Shown here in pieces: positions 27,387 through 35,920 of a stretch of DNA of 64,000 nt (position 1 is its first letter; each line of letters begins with the position of its first letter). Source of the stretch: Bacilli bacterium (GTDB lineage Bacteria; Bacillota_I; Bacilli_A; ML615J-28; CAG-313). The notes beneath the pieces were generated by a model. The model ran no database searches. It was not told the origin of the DNA and worked only from the letters and a program-made list of their open reading frames with translations. Both the position numbers and the translations under genes were made by a program. The stretch spans positions 5,802 to 69,801 of the forward strand of contig JAGBDV010000010.1 in the NCBI GenBank assembly GCA_017937305.1, written 5' to 3'.

Positions 27387-28005
27387 TCAAAATATCCATT
27401 CTAAAATCTTACCAATTAAACCTTTAGGATTTTTCATAATGGTTATCGTTTTTGTTCTAATACAGTGGACATCAACTCCATAACCTATCCCAACACCAAC
27501 TTGCGCACCTATGAATTCATCATCTTGTTCGGAATCAGCTAAAGCAGTAATTACATCAGCAGAAATATATGCCCCATCTCCAATTGCACTACCTAAATAA
27601 GTTGACAGGCCTTCCAACTCATCAACAGAAGAAAATTTAGTAATTTGTGTAGAAACAAAAAGCACCAACATCAAGTACACCAATATTAGGAGTTTCAGAA
27701 GTAAACCCAGAAGATATTCAAATTTATATTTAAACTAAACGAAAGAGTCCAATTACCATTTGGATCATATCCCATTACTGGATTACTATTACAGTACACA
27801 TATAAATTACATCCTTCTACACTTGATGTATCTAAATATTCTACATCATCTCAAGACAATCATCTATATACTAGAGGACTATAATATCTTGATTTACAAT
27901 AGTATGTATTACTTTCTTGGTCGTAGTAATAACCTTTATATCTAAATGGATTAATTTCTGCTATTTCACTTAACTCATCTAGATTTAATATATTACCATA
28001 TGTAT
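27387..28005 (-). pseudogene. 5'-truncated RHS/YD-repeat core end plus C-terminal tail (copy 2), disrupted
   Basis: Minus-strand translation: YGNILNLDELSEIAEINPFRYKGYYYDQESNTYYCKSRYYSPLVYR*LS*DDVEYLDTSSVEGCNLYVYCNSNPVMGYDPNGNW... The DPxG motif marks the core/tail boundary. The tail continues in other frames, with apparent shifts near 27740 and at the T5 run near 27690, ending in the listed ORF 27387-27683 (...GAQVGVGIGYGVD...). In-frame TGA codons are at 27860 and 27851. Confidence 0.6.
27823..28000. repeat. 178-bp direct repeat, copy 2
   Basis: See 26321-26498. Confidence 0.85.
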
Positions 28006-28088
28006 TACAAATACATTATATCATATTTTGGAAAAAATGTGAATTAAAAAATTTATATTTATTTAATGCTTCTTATAGTTAAAACATA

Positions 28089-30305
28089 TTATTTATAACT
28101 CATTGATATTTTAAGGTCTTTTCGCTTATTATTCCGATAAAAAGTAATAGTTCCACATTCTAATGTATTAAACATATAAACATTTTCTATAGAATTTATT
28201 CTTTTTACAACACTACTATGTGGAAATCCAAATGTATTTTTATACCCATTCATACTAACAGCATATTTAAACTTAACACTATTTAAAAATATTTCAGTTG
28301 AAGAAGTCTTAGAACCATGGTGAGCTACTTTCAATACATCAACCTCTATCTTTCCTATTTCTTTAATTAACTTATATTCTGCTTCTTTTTCGATATCACC
28401 TGTAAATAAAAATCTAGTATTAAATAGTACACTATAAATTACTAAACTATTATTATTAACATCTAATTGATTACTACTTGGCCATAATACTTTAAAGTAC
28501 ATTTTATCGATATAAAACTCATCCCCTGCTTTCAAATAATAAATATTTGTTTTTGTTAGCCTATATTTACTGATTTCTTCTTTACTTACACTATCATAAT
28601 AACTTAGGAATATATTATTAATCTTAAATTCATATACTAACGTTCTAAGTCCTCCTATATGATCACTATCCCCATGTGATATAATTACTGCATCTATTCT
28701 TTTTATACCTTTACTTTTTAAAAATAATACTAAATCACTAGCTTCTAAATCACCTGTATCAATTAAAATATTCTTTTTATTATATCCTTCATGTATCAAT
28801 ACTGCATCTCCAGAAGGTAAATCAATAAAAGAAACTTCACTAGTTGGATTAAAATATGGTAAATAAAATAAAAAGATTAAATATATAATAAATACAAAAA
28901 CTAATATTTTTTTATACCTACCATATGTTTTATTAATAAATATTAAGAAAAATAAAATATAAAAAATAATTATCAAAATCATTGGAATAAAACTAAAAGA
29001 TAAAGTTAAAATGTCTACTTTAGCTAAATATGAGGTAATACTTATAAAAAAGTTTACAATATATCCGTATACAATTTCTAACTTAGGAATAACAAATACT
29101 AAAAAACTGCATGGTAATAAGATATATGAAACAAAAGGAATAAAAAATAAATTAAAAAGTATTGATAATATATTAACATCAGGTGAAATTCTAATAACAA
29201 TTGGTAAGCTTATTAAGGTTGAAGTAAATGAAATAAAGATATTGTTATATAAAAAACTTTTTATTCCTTTTTTATTTTTTAGTTTTGGGCTAATAATTAA
29301 AATACCAAAAACAATCATGTATGAAAGTAAAAAACTATAAGAAAATAAATTAAATGGATTAATTAATAAAACAATACATGCATTAAAAGATAATTTATCA
29401 ATTGGAGTTAACTCTTTAAAATATTTTTTTAAAACTTTATTAAAAATAAAGCTAATAATTACTCTTAGAATTGAAACTAAAAAACTTGTTAAAATATAAT
29501 AGAAAAATAATATTAATAATATTATAATATGTTTAATTTTATCTTTTATTTTTATAATTGATAGTATTTTGTCTAATGCTTTATTAATAAGTTCAATATG
29601 AAGCCCGGAAATTACAAATAAATGACTTATTCCTACCTTCTTAATTTGATTATTTAGATCATCATTTAAATTATGTTTTTCACCAATAATTAATGCTTGA
29701 ATAATCTGTGCATTATCTTTTTTAAATGTTTTTTTAATATATTTATTAACTTTTTCATGAAAAATATTTAATCCAAATTTATGTTTTATTAGTACTACTT
29801 CTTCTATGTCTATTTGCCCTTTAATATTTTGATATCTTAGATAATCATAATAATTAAAGCCTCCTTTAAAATGAGCTTTAGATATATTTAATATTTTACC
29901 CTTAATATAAATAACATCACCAGATGAAAGTTTAACATCACTTGTATTAAAGATAAAATTATTATATTTGTTTTTGACATATACTTTATCATAATCATCA
30001 TAACTAACAACTTTAATCACTTTACATACACAATCGATTTGGTCAGTTAAATTCTTTTTAAAATTATAATTATTAATAATTAAAAAGATGATAACTACAA
30101 AACTAAATATCAAACTATAATAAAGAAGTGTCTTATTGTAAATATAGAATAAGATTATTAAAATAATAATAAATAAAATTACAAAATATTCTTTTTTTAC
30201 AAATAGATAAATAACGGATATTAAAAATAATAATATATAAAATCCTAAATTTTTAATATTTCTAAACGCAAATATATTCTTTAATTTTATTAAATAATTC
30301 TTCAC
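28089..30305 (-). CDS. comEC: DNA internalisation competence protein ComEC/Rec2
   Basis: Polytopic competence domain (GISHLFVISGLHI) plus a C-terminal metallo-beta-lactamase domain (ISHGDSDHIGG, KVAHHGS). The listed start overlaps comEA by 44 nt, and the true start is uncertain. Confidence 0.9.
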   Translation of the reverse strand: MKNYLIKLKNIFAFRNIKNLGFYILLFLISVIYLFVKKEYFVILFIIILIILFYIYNKTLLYYSLIFSFVVIIFLIINNYNFKKNLTDQIDCVCKVIKVVSYDDYDKVYVKNKYNNFIFNTSDVKLSSGDVIYIKGKILNISKAHFKGGFNYYDYLRYQNIKGQIDIEEVVLIKHKFGLNIFHEKVNKYIKKTFKKDNAQIIQALIIGEKHNLNDDLNNQIKKVGISHLFVISGLHIELINKALDKILSIIKIKDKIKHIIILLILFFYYILTSFLVSILRVIISFIFNKVLKKYFKELTPIDKLSFNACIVLLINPFNLFSYSFLLSYMIVFGILIISPKLKNKKGIKSFLYNNIFISFTSTLISLPIVIRISPDVNILSILFNLFFIPFVSYILLPCSFLVFVIPKLEIVYGYIVNFFISITSYLAKVDILTLSFSFIPMILIIIFYILFFLIFINKTYGRYKKILVFVFIIYLIFLFYLPYFNPTSEVSFIDLPSGDAVLIHEGYNKKNILIDTGDLEASDLVLFLKSKGIKRIDAVIISHGDSDHIGGLRTLVYEFKINNIFLSYYDSVSKEEISKYRLTKTNIYYLKAGDEFYIDKMYFKVLWPSSNQLDVNNNSLVIYSVLFNTRFLFTGDIEKEAEYKLIKEIGKIEVDVLKVAHHGSKTSSTEIFLNSVKFKYAVSMNGYKNTFGFPHSSVVKRINSIENVYMFNTLECGTITFYRNNKRKDLKISMSYK

Positions 30306-30774
30306 CTATTCCACTTACTTTCTTTATATCATTAATTGTAATAAAAAAACCATTATTCATACGGTAATTAATAATTGAATTTGCTTTAGAAGTACCAATA
30401 CCTGGAAGACTGCATAACTCTTCTACTGTTGCAGTATTGATATTTACTAAATCAGATGTTTGACTGTTATTATTTACTTTTTTATAAGGTATTGTAATCA
30501 TTTGATTCTCAGTTAATACTGCTGCAAGATTAATATTACTAACATCTGCATTTACATCAAGCCCACCTGCTAAATTAATTAATTCATAAAGAATTGTACC
30601 TTCTTTTACTGTATAAATATTAGGAAGTTTTATCGCTCCTTTTAAATCAATAATTAACATTGTTACATTACTTTCATTATTTACACCTTGATTAAAAATA
30701 TATTCTTCTTCTTTACATGAAGAAATAGTTAAAATAAAACTTAATATTAAAAATATATAAAAGATTTTTTTCAT
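30262..30774 (-). CDS. comEA: Competence DNA receptor ComEA (lipoprotein, SLBB + helix-hairpin-helix)
   Basis: Lipobox LTISSC. HhH region: VNINTAT.EEL..LPGIG..KA..II.YR...G.F....D...V.GIG...F..IK. Confidence 0.9.
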   Translation of the reverse strand: MKKIFYIFLILSFILTISSCKEEEYIFNQGVNNESNVTMLIIDLKGAIKLPNIYTVKEGTILYELINLAGGLDVNADVSNINLAAVLTENQMITIPYKKVNNNSQTSDLVNINTATVEELCSLPGIGTSKANSIINYRMNNGFFITINDIKKVSGIGEELFNKIKEYICV

Positions 30775-30788
30775 TATTTTATCCTCCT

Positions 30789-30839
30789 CACTTATATATT
30801 TCGCAAAAAACTTAAAATTGCTTTTACAAAATAAAAAAA
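30789..30839 (-). promoter_or_regulatory. Copy B of the ~52-bp repeated element, abutting the comEA RBS
   Basis: Minus strand reads ATTTTGTAAAAGCAATTTTAAGTTTTTTGCGAAATATATAAGTGaggagg...ATG. It is preceded by a terminator hairpin (30840-30855). Confidence 0.5.
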
Positions 30840-30865
30840 GATAGTAAAAACTATCTTTTCATAAA

Positions 30866-31042
30866 TTAACATTCTTGTTCTTTATTATTGCAAGAACAAC
30901 TTTTCATTTCTTGTAGCATCATATCAGCTTTTGCAGTAATGTTTTTCATCATAGATTCAATTCTTTGCCTATTTTCATAAACTAGCCAAATTCCTAAAAC
31001 ACTCATTCCTCCTGCAATATACGCACCTAGATTTGATTTCAT
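30866..31042 (-). CDS. 58-aa small membrane protein with a Cys-rich tail
   Basis: Start re-set to ATG 31042 (RBS GAGGTG). One TM helix (GAYIAGGMSVLGIWLVY). The tail is CSCNNKEQEC. No family recognised. Confidence 0.4.
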   Translation of the reverse strand: MKSNLGAYIAGGMSVLGIWLVYENRQRIESMMKNITAKADMMLQEMKSCSCNNKEQEC

Positions 31043-31121
31043 TTTTATCACCTCGCAAGTTCTAGATACATTTTTATTATGCCACATAATTTAAAGTTTA
31101 TAGTTGTAAATTTAAAGAAAA

Positions 31122-31159
31122 AAGTAATTAGTAAAAATACTAATTTTTACTAATTACTT
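31122..31159 (-). terminator. Terminator after the 752-aa exported protein
   Basis: 16-bp perfect stem aagtaattagtaaaaa/tttttactaattactt followed by a T-run on the minus strand. Confidence 0.7.
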
Positions 31160-31163
31160 ATTT

Positions 31164-33422
31164 TTATTTACGTTTTTTTAAAATAATAGCACAAGCAGCA
31201 CTTACTGAAATAATAGATACTACTAATTCAGCACTCTTCTTACCACATTTTTTCTTTGTAGGTTGAGGTTCATTTGGAAGTTCTTCACTTGGAGGAAGTT
31301 CATCCATTTGTGCAAGTTCTATCTTATGACTTACAATTTCACCATTTTCAGTTTTTAATCTGAATGTGAATGTATATGAATTTTGTGTCAAATCAAATCC
31401 TTCGAAGCGTTTAACACCACTTGTTCCTTCTACTTTATTTACAGAACCAAAAAACTCAATATATGCATATTCTACTTGATTTTTTGCATCACTATATGAA
31501 TATTCAAACTCTAATACTGTTCCTGCATGTTTAACAAGTTTAAAACTAGTAATAATTGGACGAGCATCTTTTAATGTCGAACATTCATAAATAGGAGTAA
31601 TAACAGGATATGAATTACCAGTTTCAGGATCTAATGCATCAAATGTAGCATAGAATTCATATGATTTTAAAGGTTCTAGATTCTTAACATGAATTGATTC
31701 ACCAGGATTAACATCATACTCAGTTTCACCTTGATGAATTTTGAAATTAGATATTTCTACACCATCTTTTTTAAATACAGTATGGTCAAGTACAAGCTCA
31801 GTATTAGATTTTTGTAAAACACTAAACATAATACTTGGTGCAGCAAATGCATAAGTTTCAAAAGTTCGATAAACTTTTCCGCTAAAAACTTCACCATTTT
31901 CTAAGTTCATCTTATAATGAATTGTTGCAGTATATTTTGTATCTTCAGTTAGGTTATTAAAAGTAATAGGTGTACCATCATAATCATGGATTTCATTGTT
32001 CACTTCAATTTTAATATCAAATACATCTTTTCTAAAAGGACTCTCATTGTCTATTAAATCAATTGTTGCAGCAAATCTTGAAACATTACTCATGTATGGT
32101 GTTATGCCTGGATCTTTTACGACTAATAACATCGCGTTACCATTACTTCTTTCATGGCCATCAGATCCACCTGCAATTAGTTTAAAATCACCAGATGGTT
32201 GACGAAGAGCCATTGAAGTAGAACCTCCACCATCTAGGACCCATCCATCCGTGCAACCAACACTTCTTAAATACTCAGCACATTCATAATAAGATGCACC
32301 GTAATTACCATCTTTACGATATTCAACTGTCATAAAAATAGTAGATCCATCTTCGCGTAGTCCAACAATTGTACGATTCTTTTTACAATTAATATAGAAA
32401 GGATCACCTACAACATTTGTATAATCATCTTTAGATGATTCAAAGAATAAAGAAGTACCATTATCTAATATTTTTGCATAATAACCAGTTGTATTATAAA
32501 CATCTTCCCACTCACCTGTTAAGTGATATTGACATCTTAAGTTATCACCAAGTTTAATATGATCTAATGAATCATCTTTTGCAACTAAATATACGCTACC
32601 TTGAGGAATAACAGTATTTTGTCCTAATTCTTTACTTACGTTTGAAACAACACCTTTTACGAATAAACGGTCATTATTTTCATTTCCATCTAAACTAAAA
32701 CGATGAAGAGTATAAGATAGCTCCACAACTGTCATTCCAGTAAAATCATATTTAATTTCACCATTTTTTTCGATATCTTTTGAAAGAATTGTTATTCCTT
32801 CTTCACTAATTGCATTATTAACACTTGCAATAGGAGTTTCACTTAATTTATTTGCATCATTATCTAAGACTTCTAAATACATGTTTTTTGAAATTGTAGG
32901 AATTCCAGAAATCATCTTACCATCATAAGTCCAGCCAAGAACACCAATACCAAGTGCATCCCAAATATATGGTTTAATCATTTCACCTTCTTGCATTGAA
33001 AGATTATTAACTTCATCATTTTCGTTAATATGAAAGAAATCCCCATTAACAGCACCAATTACTAAATAACCAGGATGAGTTTGTTCATATTTTTTCGCAA
33101 GAACAGTAGCTTGACCTCCACCCCAATCTTCAATAAAACTACTAGTCCAATTGACAATACGTACATTAGGATTATTACCATAATCAAACCATGATACAAC
33201 ATAATCGTTAAGTCTTGCATCATCAATAATTCCATCATTATATGCAGTAGTATTTACTTGATATAATTTTACACCACAATCTAATTCTTGATCAGTTACT
33301 AATGTTGATTCTTTTACAACATCTAACTCTTCAAAATCATTTTCACTTGCATTTACAATTAAACCAAAGCTTAAAGTAAATAATAAACAAAAACTAAATA
33401 ATAATTTAACTAGTCTTTTCAT
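31164..33422 (-). CDS. Exported, C-terminally membrane-anchored protein with a phosphodiester-glycosidase-like (DUF2233-type) domain and beta-sandwich repeats
   Basis: Signal peptide. GAVNGDFF and VLDGGGSTSM motifs are typical of that family. The C-terminal half is repetitive beta-rich sequence, ending in a TM plus KKRK. Start set to ATG 33422, 1 nt after the ABC-F stop. Confidence 0.65.
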   Translation of the reverse strand: MKRLVKLLFSFCLLFTLSFGLIVNASENDFEELDVVKESTLVTDQELDCGVKLYQVNTTAYNDGIIDDARLNDYVVSWFDYGNNPNVRIVNWTSSFIEDWGGGQATVLAKKYEQTHPGYLVIGAVNGDFFHINENDEVNNLSMQEGEMIKPYIWDALGIGVLGWTYDGKMISGIPTISKNMYLEVLDNDANKLSETPIASVNNAISEEGITILSKDIEKNGEIKYDFTGMTVVELSYTLHRFSLDGNENNDRLFVKGVVSNVSKELGQNTVIPQGSVYLVAKDDSLDHIKLGDNLRCQYHLTGEWEDVYNTTGYYAKILDNGTSLFFESSKDDYTNVVGDPFYINCKKNRTIVGLREDGSTIFMTVEYRKDGNYGASYYECAEYLRSVGCTDGWVLDGGGSTSMALRQPSGDFKLIAGGSDGHERSNGNAMLLVVKDPGITPYMSNVSRFAATIDLIDNESPFRKDVFDIKIEVNNEIHDYDGTPITFNNLTEDTKYTATIHYKMNLENGEVFSGKVYRTFETYAFAAPSIMFSVLQKSNTELVLDHTVFKKDGVEISNFKIHQGETEYDVNPGESIHVKNLEPLKSYEFYATFDALDPETGNSYPVITPIYECSTLKDARPIITSFKLVKHAGTVLEFEYSYSDAKNQVEYAYIEFFGSVNKVEGTSGVKRFEGFDLTQNSYTFTFRLKTENGEIVSHKIELAQMDELPPSEELPNEPQPTKKKCGKKSAELVVSIISVSAACAIILKKRK

Positions 33423-33423
33423 A

Positions 33424-35010
33424 TTAGTGTTCCCTTTCAAACCTTTCTAAATATTCTTCATAAGTCATTTTTCTATCAATTATTTCATTATTTTTAAATG
33501 AAATTACTCTATTTGCAACAGTAGAAATAATTTCATGGTCATGAGATGTAAATAATAAATTACCCTTATATCTAACCATTCCATTATTTAAAGATGTAAT
33601 AGTCTCTAAATCTAAATGATTACTTGGATCATCGAGTAAAATTACATTAGCACCACTTAACATTAACTTAGCAAGCATTAGTCTTACCTTTTCTCCACCA
33701 GATAAAACTGATACTTCTTTAAATACATCATCACCAGAAAATAACATTCTACCAAGCCATCCCCTAACAAACGTATCAGTTTGTTCATCACCAGAATATT
33801 GGCGAATCCAATCACACATATTCATCCCTAATTTATTAAAATATTCGCTATTATCACCAGGCATATAATCACTAGTAATAGTCACTCCCCATTTAATCGT
33901 TCCAAAGTCAGCTTCTGTTTTTCCCATTAAAACATCAAATAAAGTTGTTGTAACTAATGTATTATCACTTAAGAAAACAATTTTATCATTCTTATCTACA
34001 GTAAATGATAAATTTTCAAAATAAGGTTTCTTTGTTAAATTTTCAACAATTAAAATATCATTTCCGCATTCACGAGTTATTTTAAAATCTACGTATGGAT
34101 AGCGTCTAGTTGAAGGTTCAATTTCTTCAATATTTAGCTTTTCTAATAGTTTCTTACGTGATGTTGCTTGACGAGATTTAGATAAATTTGCAGAGAATCT
34201 TGCAATAAAAGCTTCAAGTTCTTTTTTCTTAGCCTCTGCTTTTTTATTTTGATCTTTTAATTGTTGAAGTGCTAGTTGACTAGACTCATACCAGAAATCA
34301 TAGTTACCACCATAAATTTTAATTTTTCCAAAGTCAACATCACAAATATGTGTACATACATTATTTAAGAAATGTCTATCATGACTTACAACAATGACAA
34401 TATTATCAAAATTATTTAAGAAATCTTCTAACCATTCACAAGTTTTTAAATCTAGGTTATTTGTCGGTTCATCTAAGATTAAAATATCTGGATTACCAAA
34501 TAATGCTTGAGCAAGTAATACTTTAACTTTTAATTTAGAGTCTAAGTTTTCCATTATTTCATAATGAAGACTATCTTCAATACCTAAATTATTAAGAAGT
34601 GTTGCTGCATCACTTTCAGCATTCCATCCATCTAAATCAGCAAATTCCATTTCTAAATCACATAAATGATAATTTTCATCATCAGTAAGATTTTCTTTAC
34701 TATATAATACTTCTTTTTCTTTCATTATATTATATAATCTACTATGCCCTTTTAACACAGCATCAATAACTGTTAAATCGTCATAAGCATTTTGATTTTG
34801 TTTCAAAACACTAATTCTTTGATTTTTTTCAATAATTATTTCTCCAAATGATGGTTCTAAATCTTTTGATAAGATTCTTAAGAATGTACTCTTTCCAGCT
34901 CCATTTGCACCAATAATCCCATAACAATTACCTTTTACAAATTTTAAATTAACATCTTTAAATAAATACTTGCCATCAAATTGCATAGCAAGACTTGATA
35001 CTTGAATCAT
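33424..35010 (-). CDS. ABC-F family ATPase (YbiT/YkpA-like), two ABC domains and no TM domain
   Basis: Two Walker A / signature / Walker B sets (GANGAGKST...LILDEPTNNLD; LSGGEKVR...ILLDDPSNHLD) with a Lys-rich inter-domain linker. Start re-set to ATG 35010 (RBS AAGAGG). Confidence 0.9.
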   Translation of the reverse strand: MIQVSSLAMQFDGKYLFKDVNLKFVKGNCYGIIGANGAGKSTFLRILSKDLEPSFGEIIIEKNQRISVLKQNQNAYDDLTVIDAVLKGHSRLYNIMKEKEVLYSKENLTDDENYHLCDLEMEFADLDGWNAESDAATLLNNLGIEDSLHYEIMENLDSKLKVKVLLAQALFGNPDILILDEPTNNLDLKTCEWLEDFLNNFDNIVIVVSHDRHFLNNVCTHICDVDFGKIKIYGGNYDFWYESSQLALQQLKDQNKKAEAKKKELEAFIARFSANLSKSRQATSRKKLLEKLNIEEIEPSTRRYPYVDFKITRECGNDILIVENLTKKPYFENLSFTVDKNDKIVFLSDNTLVTTTLFDVLMGKTEADFGTIKWGVTITSDYMPGDNSEYFNKLGMNMCDWIRQYSGDEQTDTFVRGWLGRMLFSGDDVFKEVSVLSGGEKVRLMLAKLMLSGANVILLDDPSNHLDLETITSLNNGMVRYKGNLLFTSHDHEIISTVANRVISFKNNEIIDRKMTYEEYLERFEREH

Positions 35011-35074
35011 ATTATACCTCTTTCTACTTGTATATATTATATCAAAAATTAAAATAAAAAGCATATTAAAAACA

Positions 35075-35105
35075 AGAAAAAAACCTTGAAATTCACTTCA
35101 AGGTT
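35075..35105 (-). terminator. Terminator after the polytopic membrane protein gene
   Basis: Stem aaccttgaa/ttcaaggtt followed by a T-run on the minus strand. Confidence 0.65.
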
Positions 35106-35119
35106 TTTAATCTATTATT

Positions 35120-35890
35120 TTACTTATTTTGTTTCTCTATAATTCTATTATACCATCTTTTTCCTTTAGGATATACAAAAAATTCACAAATATAAAATAA
35201 GATAAAATACAATATTAATGCCACTGCTGCAATAAATGGATATTTTAAAAATGGAACTGATGAAAATGGTGATGTCAGAATAAACATTGAATTAACATTT
35301 TTAGCTTCATCTATAGTTACTAATACTTCAAAAATTTTATTACAATATAATCCAATTATAAACATCAATATAACAGAAATAATAATATGTTTCATATTTT
35401 TAATTAGATCAATTTTAATATATCCAAAGATATAAATTAAAAGTATATTAAATAATAAAGTTGCGTGAGCTACTATACTTTTAGTTACTTCATAATCTTT
35501 TAAAGTTGGATTATTAATGAAATCCACATTCGCAAACATTCCAACTAGTGTAGAAAAGATTCCAAACCAAAATAAATAATCACCTAAGAATAAACTAACA
35601 TTAGAATTTTTATTTTTTATTAATCCATATATTAAACAACCCCACATTACAACATTACAAGGATATATTGGTAACATTAGATTAGGATTTTGTCTTAAAT
35701 ATCCTACTGTATCTCCAGCTTTAAAACATAAATAAATAAAACTACTATAATGAAATAGAATTGTTACTATTGAAGAAATTAATAAAGTTATATTTTTATT
35801 TTTTTCTTTTTTTATAAACTTCTTACATAAAAATATACCAACACTTATTAAAAATAATAAAACAAAATTAAAAACTAATAATTTAACCAT
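35120..35890 (-). CDS. Polytopic (about 7 TM) membrane protein of unknown function
   Basis: Hydrophobicity pattern only. It is the last gene after the PadR module. Confidence 0.55.
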   Translation of the reverse strand: MVKLLVFNFVLLFLISVGIFLCKKFIKKEKNKNITLLISSIVTILFHYSSFIYLCFKAGDTVGYLRQNPNLMLPIYPCNVVMWGCLIYGLIKNKNSNVSLFLGDYLFWFGIFSTLVGMFANVDFINNPTLKDYEVTKSIVAHATLLFNILLIYIFGYIKIDLIKNMKHIIISVILMFIIGLYCNKIFEVLVTIDEAKNVNSMFILTSPFSSVPFLKYPFIAAVALILYFILFYICEFFVYPKGKRWYNRIIEKQNK

Positions 35891-35920
35891 ACTTATACCA
35901 CTATGTTATAATTCTTCATA

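Noticed and set aside
27760-27945. A 61-aa plus-strand ORF inside the RHS repeat region.
   Set aside because: The opposite strand gives an unmistakable YD-repeat/RHS core-end translation. This ORF is its antisense shadow. The corresponding stretch in repeat copy 1 is not open on the plus strand.
26300-28080. A mobile element, prophage or integron origin for the island between comEC and rpsT.
   Set aside because: I could not find a transposase, integrase, terminal inverted repeats or att-like flanks. The only repeats are the 178-bp RHS core-end duplications. The hairpin at ~27991-28007 (ATGTATT-ACA-AATACAT) is short and better explained as sequence downstream of comEC.
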